A DNA stretch of 64,000 nucleotides from an uncultured Planctomycetota bacterium (GCA_963849325.1 CAWKHF010000012.1:288001-352000); one strand, 5' to 3'; numbered from the stretch's first letter, positions 49,989-60,725 are shown. Notes: a model not told the origin generated them from the letters alone. Program-made: numbers and translations.

Positions 49989-50342
49989 ATGGCCCGACAC
50001 CGCAGACCGAACACCGCCGACGACCGCCGCCAGCTACTGGCCGCTGCCGCCGCCGTCCTCGGTGTCGCCGCCGACGCAGTTATTCTCGTCGCCGGCGCCG
50101 TCGAGATCGTCCGCCCCGAGCCGCAGCCGGTTCGTCCTGGCCGACTGCCCGAGGGCATGAGCGCCTACGATGCCGCCATTCTGGGGGCGCTCGCTGACAG
50201 GCCATTGTCAGCCCAGCAGATCGCCCACCGCAGCGGACACCGCCACAACAGCTACTTTCGTGGCCGTCTCGCCGCTCTTGTCGAGGCAGGCCACGTCCGA
50301 CAAACCCGCCGAGGGTACAGTCTCGGCGGGCCTGGCAGGTAG
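49989..50342 (+). CDS. Winged-helix DNA-binding protein
   Basis: SD GGAGG; ILGALADRPLSAQQIA.RSG....YFRGRLAALVEAGHV....GYSL. Confidence 0.7.
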   Translation: MARHRRPNTADDRRQLLAAAAAVLGVAADAVILVAGAVEIVRPEPQPVRPGRLPEGMSAYDAAILGALADRPLSAQQIAHRSGHRHNSYFRGRLAALVEAGHVRQTRRGYSLGGPGR

Positions 50343-50416
50343 CAGCTGGCAATCGTCTACTTGTTCCTGCCGGCGGGGCGGGTATCCTCGCCGGCATCAC
50401 TCACAGGAGGTTTCCC

Positions 50417-50635
50417 ATGCTAACCATCGAACGCCGCGCCTTCCTCGAAGCGATCGTGCTTGCCGCCCTCATCCCCAACTGGCAGCGAACCAACCCCTTC
50501 GAGCCACCCGAGCAGACCCGGCAACGCCTTGCCGTCGAGGCGCTCAAGATTGTCGATTCGTTCCTACGCGTGACCGGCGACGCGAACTTGCCGCCCCTCG
50601 GCGTGCCGGCCAACGACCCCAGCGTTCCCTTTTGA
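50417..50635 (+). CDS. Small hypothetical protein (72 aa)
   Basis: SD AGGAGG, ATG, co-oriented with cargo operon. Confidence 0.6.
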   Translation: MLTIERRAFLEAIVLAALIPNWQRTNPFEPPEQTRQRLAVEALKIVDSFLRVTGDANLPPLGVPANDPSVPF

Positions 50636-50708
50636 ACGATCCGCTCCGCGCCCTCGGCGACGTTCGCCCAGGGCCGGGCGCTTCCCATCGCCCACGGAGG
50701 TTTGCACC

Positions 50709-51038
50709 ATGAAGAAGCTCGTTGCCGTCGCCGTAGCCCTCGCCGCCCTGGGCGCTGGTCGCGCCGAGGACAAGACCGCCACCCAGAAGCCCGACGAGCC
50801 AGCCCCGGTCATCGTCAAGACCCAGCTGCCCCGGTACTTCAAGCAGCTCGGCTTGACCGACAAGCAGCGGAAGGAGGTCTACAGGGTCCGTGCTGGCTAC
50901 GCCGCCAAGATCGCCAAGCTCAACGAGGAGATCGCTACCTTGCGGTTGAAAGAGAAGGGCGAGGTCGAGGGCGTTCTGACCGAGGCTCAACGGAAACGCC
51001 TCCAGGAGATGCGGGCCGGCTCCGATTCCAAGAAGTGA
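50709..51038 (+). CDS. Small secreted LTxxQ (Spy/CpxP-like) helical protein
   Basis: Signal peptide; LP.YFKQLGLTDKQ...VLTEAQRKRL; SD GGAGG; GCAA-loop hairpin follows at 51052-51077. Confidence 0.7.
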   Translation: MKKLVAVAVALAALGAGRAEDKTATQKPDEPAPVIVKTQLPRYFKQLGLTDKQRKEVYRVRAGYAAKIAKLNEEIATLRLKEKGEVEGVLTEAQRKRLQEMRAGSDSKK

Positions 51039-51115
51039 CACACCAGGCATCGACCGGCCGGGGCAACTCGGCCGGTCCCCATAAGAGGGCAATGATGAGA
51101 ACAAAGTCCCAAACC

Positions 51116-51133
51116 TTGCTTGCAGGCGAACCA
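51116..51133. repeat. att site (right direct repeat)
   Basis: TTGCTTGCAGGCGAACCA followed by GATCAT (original host ATG at 51139 on minus strand). Confidence 0.9.
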
Positions 51134-51135
51134 GA

Positions 51136-51924
51136 TCATGATGTTTTCTCGCTCGAACGCACGGCGTCACCGGGACGTTCGCCGAGGACCGCCGCCATTT
51201 GCAGCACGAACTTCTCGGCGCTCTCGTACTCGCCCGGCGTCAGGTCGAGGCGCTTCTCGAAGAACTGGGCGGCGGCCTGGAACAGCCGGGCGCGTTCGAG
51301 GACGCGCAGCTGATCGCGGCGCAAGCACAAGTCGAGCAACGTCTGCTTCTGCTCGCGGTCGAGCTGGACGAGGCGTTGACGGAGCAGCGCCAACCGCTGA
51401 CGGTCGGCCTCGCTGCGCGCGTCGGGCAGGGCCAGGATCGGCTGGACGTTGCGCTCGACGTGAACCACGAGGGTATCCGCGGCCAGGTCGCCGAGGCGGC
51501 GCTGCTCGCGATTGCCGGCGGCGACGGCGAAGCCGAGCAGTCCCGGACCCAGAGGCAGCGGCACGGGCAAGCTGTCGGCGACGCGCAGCAGATTGCGAAC
51601 CGCCGACTGAAAGAAGGTGATGGACGTGCCGCGCCACTGGATGACGCGAATGCCGAGCAGGTACTTGCCCGGTGTTTGTCCGTGCCAGAGCCATTCAAAA
51701 AAGATGAAATAACCCCACAGGACCACGAACTGTCCGATCACGATCACCGCCATGCCCAGGCCGGGCCGGCCGAGCGTGAGGACGCCACCGACGACGGCGC
51801 CCATGACGATCAGCAGCAGCACCGCCAGCGCATCGATCAGCCAGGCCAGGAAGCGCGAACCCAGCCCGGCGACGCGGTAGCGGAACGGCACTTTCTCGGT
51901 GGTGAGCACCTCATGGCGGATCAC
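51136..51924 (-). CDS. RDD family membrane protein
   Basis: AGLGSRFLAWLID, GQTPGK..LGIRV, RNLLR..D, RRLGDLAADTLVV. Confidence 0.92.
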   Translation of the reverse strand: MIRHEVLTTEKVPFRYRVAGLGSRFLAWLIDALAVLLLIVMGAVVGGVLTLGRPGLGMAVIVIGQFVVLWGYFIFFEWLWHGQTPGKYLLGIRVIQWRGTSITFFQSAVRNLLRVADSLPVPLPLGPGLLGFAVAAGNREQRRLGDLAADTLVVHVERNVQPILALPDARSEADRQRLALLRQRLVQLDREQKQTLLDLCLRRDQLRVLERARLFQAAAQFFEKRLDLTPGEYESAEKFVLQMAAVLGERPGDAVRSSEKTS

Positions 51925-52919
51925 GCCTGGTCCTCCCGCGCCGCCGCTCGGCCCCAGCCGAGCAACAGAATGTAGGCCAGAAACAGCAGGGCGAAGACGG
52001 CGGCGACGGCCAACTTCAATCCCTTGCCGAGAAACCAGTCCGGCGCCCGCGCCACGCCAGCCTCCAGACACGCAGCCACGGCCAGAAGCGGCACACAGCC
52101 GAATAGCATCAGCACCGACTGCTTGCCTAGGCGAGCCAACTCCTCGCGCCGCGGCCACGGCCGCGCTCGCAGGAAGCCCTGCGCCAGCACGAAGCCGGCC
52201 GCTCCGCCGATGAGGCAAGCCGGGATCTCCAGCACGCCATGCGGCAGGATGCCGGTGGCGTAGGCCGTCAGCTGATGGGCCTCGGCGAAGACGGAGCCGA
52301 GAGCGCCCAGAAGAACGCCATTATAGAACATCAGCCAGGCCGTGCCGAGTCCGAGCGTGATGCCCAGGGCGAAGGCGACCAGGCTGACGCTGACGTTGTG
52401 CGTGAACAAAAAGCTCGAAAACGCGGTCAGGTCATCCGTCGTGTACATGGGCGCGGCCTGCTCCTCGCCCTCGGCCGGCGGCTGGATGGTCGGCATGTCC
52501 GTGGGCAGCAGGTAGGCGCGGGCAACCTCCTTGTCGTAGGTGCAGGCCAGGTAGCCGAAGACGGCGCCCGCCGCGAACAGCAGCGTGGCCAACAGGAAGT
52601 GCGGCAGGTAACGACGAAAGACGGCCGGGTAGCCCCAGAAGAGATAACGCAGCAAGCCCCGCACCTCGACGCGCGTTTTGCCATAAATGGCGAGGTAAGC
52701 GCGGGCAACCAAATCATTCAAATAGCGCTCGGTGGCCTCGCCGCTGACGAAGGTCTGGGCCTGGTTTAAGTCCGAGGCGGCGCGGCGATAGAGGCGGCCG
52801 AACTCGACGGCTTGCTCGTCGTCCAGTGAGGCCAGACCGCTGCCCTCGACACGCTGAAGGATTGCTTCGAGGCGTTTCCAGTCGGGGCGGCGCTGCCGGA
52901 GAAACGTCGCCAAATCCAT
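51921..52919 (-). CDS. Stage II sporulation protein M (SpoIIM/DUF95) family membrane protein
   Basis: W.RLE, LYR..ASDL, YLN.LV.RA, THN..V, NG..LG, ILPHGVLEI, LEA. Confidence 0.9.
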   Translation of the reverse strand: MDLATFLRQRRPDWKRLEAILQRVEGSGLASLDDEQAVEFGRLYRRAASDLNQAQTFVSGEATERYLNDLVARAYLAIYGKTRVEVRGLLRYLFWGYPAVFRRYLPHFLLATLLFAAGAVFGYLACTYDKEVARAYLLPTDMPTIQPPAEGEEQAAPMYTTDDLTAFSSFLFTHNVSVSLVAFALGITLGLGTAWLMFYNGVLLGALGSVFAEAHQLTAYATGILPHGVLEIPACLIGGAAGFVLAQGFLRARPWPRREELARLGKQSVLMLFGCVPLLAVAACLEAGVARAPDWFLGKGLKLAVAAVFALLFLAYILLLGWGRAAAREDQA

Positions 52920-52955
52920 ACCAGTCACCTCATCGCGGACCACGAAGACAATTCA

Positions 52956-53098
52956 TTCACCACGGAAAACACGGAAAGCACGGAAAAAAGACAAAAAGAG
53001 AGGAAAAGAATAAAAAGTGCCGCCTCTCCTTTGACTCTTAAGTCTTCCCAGTTCTTCTTTGTCTTTTTTCCGTGTTTTCCGTGCTTCCCGTGGCGGAA
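52956..53098. repeat. Inverted-repeat element (ACCACGGAAAACACGGAAAGCACGG family) with A-rich/T-rich interior
   Basis: CACGGAAA tandem units mirrored by TTCCGTG units. Confidence 0.75.
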
Positions 53099-53107
53099 AG
53101 GTTTTTC

Positions 53108-54462
53108 TTACATCCGTACCCCTGTTTTCAGAGCCAGGTAGCGATTCACGGCGTCAATCGTCAATCGATCCGGCACGGTATCGAGCACCAGGACGCCCTG
53201 TCGTTCGAGGCTACGTAACAATTCGGTGCGTCCATCGAGCAGGTCGCGGGCCACGAGGACGTCATACAGTTCGTCGGCGTCTTCGGGCTGACGAGCGGCC
53301 AATTCCTGCAGAGCCACGTCGGCCACGGCCAGCGTCAGCGGGAGGTGAAAGCGGCGCAGCAGTGCCGCCGCGTCGAGATACTCGCGCGATACTACATCGT
53401 CGAGCATGTCCGTGAAAACCATCGTCAGGGCGCGCTTGGGGTGCTGGGCGATGAGATGGCCGAACGCCTCGCGGTAGTTGACGTAGCACAGCTCCGGCTT
53501 GATGCTGTACAGCGCTTGCAGGAAGCGAGCGTGCTGGCGCGGCCCTTGGCCGGCGGTAAATACAGATGGACCGTGTGCGAGAACACCAGCAGACCGAGAT
53601 TGTCCTGGAACGTCTGGCTGACGTGCGCCAGCATGAGGACGGCGTTGATGGCGTGGTCGAGCTTGGTCAGCGTGCCGACGCGGGCCGCCATCATGCGGCC
53701 AACGTCCAGGCAGAAAAGGATGTCCTGGCTGTGCTCGCTCTCGAAGACGCTGGTGATCGGCTTGTTGTGGCGGGCCGTCGCCTTCCAGCTGACGTGGCGA
53801 TAATCGTCGTCTGGCGTGTAATCGCGGTAATGGCTGAACTCGCGGCCGGTGCCCGGCAGACGCTTGGCTCGATAGCCGCCAGCGCGGACAAGGGTGGTGC
53901 GCACCAGAGCTTCATAGCGGCGCACCTCGAACAGGTTGGGATAGACCTGAACGCCCTCCGCGGCGGGCAGAAGGCGATCGACGCAAGCCAGGCCAAGCGG
54001 ACCCCGGCAGCGCACGGCCACGTCGCCGAAGGCGAAGTTGCCGCGCTCGGTCGGCAAGAGCCGATAGCGAAGGCGAGCCCAGCCGTGGGCCGGCACGTCC
54101 GCGTCCAGGAGCGGCGGCTCGGCCCGGAAGCTCGGCGGCGGCTGATCGCGCAACCGCAGCCGCAAGCGCCGCCGGCCGTGATTTTCGACGACGATCATCA
54201 CGTCGTTGTCCACGCCCAGCGACAGGCGGGCCGGCCGTTCTCGCCGCACGCGCAAACACGCCGGCCGGCTCCTTCGCCGGGCCAACAAAGCATCCAGACC
54301 GAGGAGCAGAAAGATGCCGGCGTCGAAGCCGAACACCAGCCCGCGGACACCCCCGGCGAACTCTCCGGCGTGAGCCAGCGGAAGCAGCGGGAGGACGTAC
54401 CCGGTCAGCCACAGCACCAGGCCGAACAGGAGTAACCAGACCGTCGCGCGCGTCGGGACCAT
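53108..54462 (-). CDS. DUF58 (vWA-associated) domain protein (frameshift near 53530)
   Basis: RG.F.FG, VYPN, G.EF...RDY.P.DD.RHVSWKATAR, LDVGR.M, FTD. Confidence 0.9.
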
Positions 54463-54706
54463 CGGCGAAATACTTCCGAAGGAGCATCGAGCTTCCGGGT
54501 ACTTTGTACTTCTCTCGCGCTGGTTTGTCCGTCCGCCAACGTGGCTCGTTCGCTGGCCGCCCCCATCCCCGAACGCCTCCCCCTACCTCCTCGTCCTATC
54601 CTTGATTGTGCCGGCGAACCGTCTACAAAGGATAGGAGGTACAACCAAGGTCCGGCCGAGGACTCGGCTCGCCGCCGCGAGATTATGCCAGGGAGGATTG
54701 CTGGGC

Positions 54707-55336
54707 ATGCCTGATTCCGCCGCTCGTCCCCGACGATCCGGATCGTCCGCGCGCAACGGCGCGGCGGCGAAGACGGTCGATGCCGCGCGCATCGAGGCGG
54801 CCGTCCGCGAAATCCTGCTGGCCGTCGGCGAGGATCCCGACCGCGAGGGTTTGCAAGAGACGCCCGCCCGCGTCGCCCGCATGTACGCCGAAATCTTCTC
54901 CGGCCTGCATGCCGACCCCCGCCTGCTGCTGGCCAAGACGTTCACCCAGAAGTACGACGAAATGGTGCTGGTGCGCGACATCGAGTTCGCTTCGACGTGT
55001 GAGCATCATTTGCTGCCGTTTCTGGGCAAGGCCCACATCGCCTACCTGCCCGCCGGCAAGATCGTCGGCCTGAGCAAGCTGCCGCGCGTCGTCGAGGTGC
55101 TGGCCCATCGGCCGCAGGTCCAGGAACGCATGACGGAAGAGCTGGCCGACCTGCTCATGGAGGAACTCAAGCCGCGCGGCGTCGGCGTCGTGCTCGAGGC
55201 CACGCACACCTGCATGACTATCCGCGGCGTGCGCAAGCCCGGCAGCGTCTGCACCACCAGCGCCATGCGCGGCGTCTTCCGCGAGAACCAGGCCACGCGC
55301 AACGAGCTGATGGCGCTGATCTACGGCCCGCGGTGA
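54707..55336 (+). CDS. folE: GTP cyclohydrolase I
   Basis: GEDPDREGL.ETP.RVA, CEHH.LPF.G, GLSKL.R, QVQER, H.CM..RG. Confidence 0.96.
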   Translation: MPDSAARPRRSGSSARNGAAAKTVDAARIEAAVREILLAVGEDPDREGLQETPARVARMYAEIFSGLHADPRLLLAKTFTQKYDEMVLVRDIEFASTCEHHLLPFLGKAHIAYLPAGKIVGLSKLPRVVEVLAHRPQVQERMTEELADLLMEELKPRGVGVVLEATHTCMTIRGVRKPGSVCTTSAMRGVFRENQATRNELMALIYGPR

Positions 55337-55340
55337 TGCC

Positions 55341-56084
55341 ATGCTCGCCGTCTTCTGCCTCCGCCTCGCCGCCGGCATGATCGCCTGTCTGTTGCTGCTG
55401 CCCTCCGCCGTCGTCAACCCGCGCTTCTTCCGCACTCACTTCCTGACGGCCCTGGCCCTCGCGGGCGTGGCCTTCGTCAGCATGCCGCGAGATCGCTCCC
55501 GAAGCCGTTCTGCTTCTGCTCGGCGGGGCGATGGTCCTGGCGTTCGTCGGCTCGCTGGTCTGGGGACTGGAGGGAGCGCCCGGCGGACGCACGATCGCGT
55601 GCTGACGGCACTGGCGTTGGCGGCGGCGCTGGGCTGGCTGGAAGCGGCCAACTCCGAGCGGCCGGCGCTGGCCGTGGTGCTGCTGGGCGACCTGACTTCC
55701 GCCGCCGTGCTCGGCTCGGCGCTGACGGCGATGCTGCTGGGCCACTCCTACCTGATCGCGCCGACGATGTCGCTGACGCCGCTGATGCGTCTACTGGCCG
55801 CACTGGCCGTCGCCACGCTGGCCCGCCTGGGCGCGGATGCCTACGCCCTGGGGTGCTGGACCTCGACGCATTCCCTCGTTAGTCTGAATGATGCGGCCTT
55901 GTGGCTGCCGTTGCGCTGGCTGCTGGGCTTCCTCGCCCCTCTGGGATTGGACTGGATGGCCTGGCAGACGGCCCGCATCCGTTCGACGCAGTCGGCCACC
56001 GGCATTCTGTACGTCGTCGTGATCTTCTGCTTCCTCGGCGAGCTGACCAGTCAGCTACTGCGCAAGGACGGAATGACGCTGTGA
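55341..56084 (+). CDS. Hypothetical membrane protein (internal compensated frameshifts)
   Basis: Multiple TM segments; AMLLGHSYL.AP.M, RSTQSATGILY conserved-looking motifs. Confidence 0.7.
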   Translation: MLAVFCLRLAAGMIACLLLLPSAVVNPRFFRTHFLTALALAGVAFVSMPRDRSRSRSASARRGDGPGVRRLAGLGTGGSARRTHDRVLTALALAAALGWLEAANSERPALAVVLLGDLTSAAVLGSALTAMLLGHSYLIAPTMSLTPLMRLLAALAVATLARLGADAYALGCWTSTHSLVSLNDAALWLPLRWLLGFLAPLGLDWMAWQTARIRSTQSATGILYVVVIFCFLGELTSQLLRKDGMTL

Positions 56085-56123
56085 CCATTACTTCCCCCTG
56101 TGCTGGGGATTATCGAGGTATCC

Positions 56124-56580
56124 GTGAACATTCGCTTTGACTGTCCCGTGTGCGAGCAGCCCGGCCGCCTCGACGTGCCGGGGCGTCCACAATGGCAGTG
56201 TCCGCATTGCGATCACCTGCTCCACCTGCCGGCGGTACGCGGATGCCGCTCTGCCCGTTTGCACCGTCTGCGGCAACCACGAGTTATACAAAAAAAAGGA
56301 CTTCCCGCATGGCCTGGGCATGGGCCTTCTCGTGCTGGCCTGCCTGGCCTCGACGGTGACGTATTGGCTCTATGACAAGTGGCTGACGTGGGCCATCCTT
56401 CTCGGCTCCGCCGCGTTCGATGGTCTCTTGTATCTGTGGGTCAAGGACGTCATTGTCTGTTATCGCTGTCACGCGCATTTCCGCGGTGTCCTCGACAATC
56501 CCGAGCACAAGCCCTTCGAGTTGACCATTCACGAGCGTTACCGGCAGGAACGACTGCGCCGCGAACAGTTGAAAAGGTGA
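56124..56580 (+). CDS. Zinc-ribbon membrane protein (frameshift near 56240)
   Basis: CPVC, CPHC, CTVCG..LY.KKDFP, two TM, CYRC. Confidence 0.7.
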
Positions 56581-59528
56581 TGGCCGTGGACCCGCCGCAG
56601 GACGAACGCATCCGCGACGACCTCAAAGGCATCGTCAAGGGCGAACTGCTGTTCGATGACTTGTCGCGGATTCTGTACAGCACCGACGCCTCGATCTTCG
56701 AGGTCCGGCCGGCCGGCGTGGTCGTGCCGCGCGACGAAGAGGACGTGCAGGCGCTGGTCCGCTACGCCGGCGAACATCAGCTGCCGCTGATCGCCCGCGG
56801 GGCCGGTACGGGCGTGGCCGGCGAGTCGCTCGGCGCCGGGCTGATCGTCGATCTGAGCAAGCACTTCCGCGCCATTCTCGACGTGGGCGCCGATACGGTA
56901 CGGGTCCAGCCGGGCGTGGTCTATCGGGACCTGGCCCGCGAGTTGGCGCGTGTGGGCCGGCGCTTCGCGCCGGACCCGGCCAGCCTCGAATGCACCGTCG
57001 GCGGCATGTTGGCCACCAATGCCTCGGGCGGCCGCGCTTTCCGCCACGGCTTCACACGCGATCACGTCGTCCGCCTCCGCGCCGTGCTCGACAACGGCGA
57101 CGCCGCCGACGTCGGCCGGCAGCTCCCGCTGGCCCACCGCCGAAGCCGGTCATGGCCGACTCGGAGGACATCGTCTCCTCGGTCGTGACACTGCTGGAAC
57201 AGCACGCCGGGACCATCGCGGCGTGCCGGCCGCGCACGCGCTTCAATCGCTGCGGCTACCTGCTGCACGACGTGCTCGACGCCGAACAGCTCGACCTGGC
57301 GCGTCTGCTGGTCGGCTCGGAGGGCACGCTGGCGCTGTTCACCGAGGCGACGCTGCGGACCATCCCGCTGCCGGGCGGTCGAGGCGGTGGTCCTGCTCGG
57401 CTTCGCCAGCCTGGACGCGGCCCTGCGCGCGCTCGCAACTCTTGCTGCCGACGGGACCGGCGGCCTGCGAGTTGATCGACCGCCGTTTGCTGCGGCTGGC
57501 GCGCGGCAGTGACGCCGCGCTGGCCGAGTTGGTTCCGGCCGCGGTCGAGGCCGTGCTGCTCGTCGAGTACGAGGCCGACACTCCCCGCGAGGCGTTCGGC
57601 CTGGCCCACGACCTGGCCGATCGCCTTCACCGCGACGAACGTCTGGCGCTGTTCGCCCGCGTCGCGGACGATGAGGAGCATCGAGCGCTTCTGGCAGGTG
57701 CGCGAGGCCGCCCTGCCCAGCCTGTACGGCCTGCGCGGCACGGCCCAGCCGCTGGCGTTCGTCGAGGACGTGGGCGTGCCGCCCGAATTGCTGCCGGGCT
57801 ACCTGCACCGCGTCCAGGAGATCCTGCAACGGCACGAGACGACAGCGTCCTACCTCGTCCATGCCGCCACCGGCCAGGTCCACATGCGGCCCTTCCTCGA
57901 CTGGCGTCGCCCCGAGGACGTCTCGCGCCTGTGGGCCTTGGCCGACGACGTGTACCGCATCGTCCTCGACCTCGGCGGCACCATCAGCGCCCAGCACGGC
58001 ACCGGCCTGGCCCGCACTCCCTGGGTTGCCCGGCAGGCAGGATCTCTCTTCCCGGTCTTCCGCGAGCTGAAGGCCATATTCGATCCGCGTCATCTGTTCA
58101 ATCCCGGCAAGATCGTCGGCCCGACGCCGGACCCGTCGGCCTGGCCTCTGCGCCGCCGTCAGACGCGGGGCGAAGAGACGACCAACGGCGCCTCCTCGCC
58201 GGTGCTGCTGCGCTGGCCCTCGGACGGCGTGGCGGCCGAGAGTCATAGCTGCAACGGCTGCGGCCAGTGCCGCACCGAGTCGCCCGGCCGGCGCATGTGC
58301 CCGATCTTCCGCGCCAGCGCACGACGAGGCGGCCACGCCGCGCGCCAAGGCCAACCTGATGCGCCATCTGCTCCAGCCGGACACCGACCCGCGGCTGCTG
58401 CCCTCCGACGAGGTCCGCGCCGTGGCCGACCTGTGCGTCAACTGCAAGATGTGCGCGATCGAGTGCCCCGCCCAGGTGAACGTGCCCAAGATGATGCTGG
58501 AGGCCAAGGCGGCCAACGTGGCCGAGCACGGCCTGGACCGCACCGACTGGGCCATGGCGCGGACGGAGGCGTTCGCCCGTCTGGGCAGCGCCCTGGCGCC
58601 GCTGGCCAACGTCATGCTGGCCAACCCACCGGCCCGCTGGCTGCTGGAGAAGCTGTTCGGTCTATCGCGCCGCCGTCGTCTGCCGGCCTTCGCCGCTCGC
58701 AGCTTTCTGCGGCAGGCGCATCGGCGCGGCTGGACGCGAAGGCCGCGCTCGGCCCGGCCGCGCGTCGCCTACTTCGTGGACGTTTTCGCCAACTACAACG
58801 ACCCGCTCATCGCCGAGGCCGTCGTCGCCGTGCTGCATCACAACGGCATCGAGGTATACGTGCCGCCGCGCCAGGGCGGCTGCGGCATGGCGCCGTTGGC
58901 CTACGGCGACCTGGAGACGGCCCGCGAGGCCGTGCAGAACAACCTGCTTGTCCTGGCCGACCTGGCCCGCGAGGGCTACCCGATCCTCTGCTCGGAGCCG
59001 ACCGCCGCCCTCATGCTCCGCCACGACGCCCTCGATCTACTCGACGACGCCGACGCTCGCCTGGTGGCGGCGCAGACGGTCGAGTGCACCGCCTTCCTGT
59101 GGGACCTGCACCAGCAAGGGCACCTGCGCACCGACTTCCTACCGTTACCGTTGGGCGTCGGCCATCATGTCCCCTGTCATCTCAAGGCGCTGGGCCGACC
59201 GCCGGTAGGCCCGGCCCTGCTGTCCATGATCCCGCAATTGCGCGTACATACGATCGACGTGAGCTGTTCGGGCATGGCCGGCACGTTCGGGCTGAAGGCG
59301 GCGAACTACGCCGCGTCCCTGGCGGCCGGCCGGCCGATGCTGGAGGAGATGGGCCGGCCGCGCGTGCTGTTCGGCTCGACCGAGTGCAGCACGTGCCGGA
59401 TGCAGATGGAGGACGGCGCCGGCAAGCGCACGCTGCACCCGGCCCAGTATCTCGCCCTGGCCTACGGCTATCTGCCCGAGCTGCGCGAACGTCTGCGTCA
59501 ACCCATCGGCAAACTGGTGCTGCGATGA
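56580..59528 (+). CDS. FAD-binding / 4Fe-4S oxidoreductase (GlcD/GlpC-like fusion; frameshifted)
   Basis: YSTDAS, RGAGT..AG, PDPAS, VGSEGTL, HG.G, CNGCG.C, C..C..C..EC, CG, CSGMAG.FG. Confidence 0.88.
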
Positions 59529-59770
59529 TTCTCCACGTCCGCCTGTTCGCCCGCGCCCGCGACCTCGCCGGCGCCGACACCGTCCGCGTCGAGCTTCCCG
59601 AGGGCGCGAACGTGGCCGATCTGCGCCGCCGCCTCGCCGCCGACTGTCCGGCGCTGGCGTCGCTGCTGGAGCGCTCCGCGCTCGCGGTCGAGAACGAATT
59701 CGCCGCCGATTGCCGGGTGCTGTCCGCGAATGCGGAGATTGCTCTGCTGCCGCCCGTCAGCGGCGGATAG
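59525..59770 (+). CDS. moaD: MoaD/ThiS family sulfur carrier
   Basis: VRLFA..RDLAG ... EIALLPPVSGG C-terminus. Confidence 0.9.
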   Translation: MILHVRLFARARDLAGADTVRVELPEGANVADLRRRLAADCPALASLLERSALAVENEFAADCRVLSANAEIALLPPVSGG

Positions 59771-59786
59771 ACGGACGCCGTCCCGG

Positions 59787-60611
59787 TCAGGGGAGTTTCA
59801 GTTCACCTTCGGCCACTTCGACCGAGAGGCCGTCTTTTGGGATCGGCTGTTTCAGCGTCCAAAGGATGCCTTGCGCGACCAGTCGGCGATACGCGGACAA
59901 ACGCCAATTATCGTGGAAGTGCAGACCGCTGAAACCAAACGATCGGCCGCCATCGGGGCGCTCCCAGCACCAGGCCACGGTCTCCGGCTGACCCTCGATG
60001 GTCACGCGCAGAAGCGGATGGATCCTCTTCTCGTCCTTGACAAACTTGAGTCGATAGTAGAATTCATCGCGGACGTGGAAATTCGTGATGCCGGTGGCGA
60101 TCGGATGTTTGCGATCCGCGAGGACGGCATCGGTTTCAAGAATCTTGTACTTGCGATCGGGACCACCGTGACAGCCGCCCAGCAGCTGGAGACAGCTCTC
60201 GATATTCTTGGCATCCTTTGTCCCTATCGCCCAGTGCAGGGCGACGATGCCGCCGCCGCGGGCCGCCAGTTTCGTCAAGGCCGCGCGGCGTTTCGCATCG
60301 TGATTCATCCAGCGCGCACCCTCGGAGAGAAACAACACCACGCCATCGGCACGGTCGAGCAGTTCCGGGCCTTCTTTCCACGGCCCTTCGGCGCGAACAG
60401 TATGGACCTCCAGACCGGGTACGTCCTGGAGGCATTTCGCCACAATCTTCAGGCCGGCCATGTATTCGTGCGTCTGAGGAGGATGACCGTCCGGTCCCGA
60501 GCCGACGAGCAGGAGCTTGGTAGACACGGCAGAGGGTGGGGCGCTGTCCGCCCGCTGTCGTGGTCCCAGCAGGACGGCAGAGAGCAGAAGCGCGAGAACG
60601 ACACGTTTCAT
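59787..60611 (-). CDS. Secreted ThuA-domain (class I GAT-like) protein
   Basis: Signal peptide; HP..THEY.AG, GGG.VALH, HPI..G, DEFYY, GGRSFGFSGLH. Confidence 0.85.
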   Translation of the reverse strand: MKRVVLALLLSAVLLGPRQRADSAPPSAVSTKLLLVGSGPDGHPPQTHEYMAGLKIVAKCLQDVPGLEVHTVRAEGPWKEGPELLDRADGVVLFLSEGARWMNHDAKRRAALTKLAARGGGIVALHWAIGTKDAKNIESCLQLLGGCHGGPDRKYKILETDAVLADRKHPIATGITNFHVRDEFYYRLKFVKDEKRIHPLLRVTIEGQPETVAWCWERPDGGRSFGFSGLHFHDNWRLSAYRRLVAQGILWTLKQPIPKDGLSVEVAEGELKLP

Positions 60612-60697
60612 GATGGACTCCGGAGTCAAACCCGCAGCGGTCCTCGCCGAGCAAACGATCCGCCCATAGATTATGAAGTCGTAAGAGTTAAAACGAA

Positions 60698-60725
60698 GAT
60701 AGCTTCGGATTCCTCCGAAGCTATC
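60698..60725 (-). terminator. Intrinsic terminator downstream of tRNA-Glu
   Basis: 12-bp stem GATAGCTTCGGA/TCCGAAGCTATC followed by TTCGTTTT on the minus strand. Confidence 0.65.

Larger units (their letters stand above)
41490..51133 (+). mobile_element. Integrated serine-recombinase element, putative phage satellite (~9.6 kb)
   Basis: Exact 18-bp direct repeat TTGCTTGCAGGCGAACCA at 41490-41507 and 51116-51133; lower GC3; integrase, AlpA-like, capsid, helicase; removing it rejoins RDD gene stop with ATG ATC TGG TTC GCC TGC AAG CAA. Confidence 0.92.

Noticed and set aside
41558-51038. Complete prophage
   Set aside because: No terminase, portal, tail or lysis genes between the att repeats
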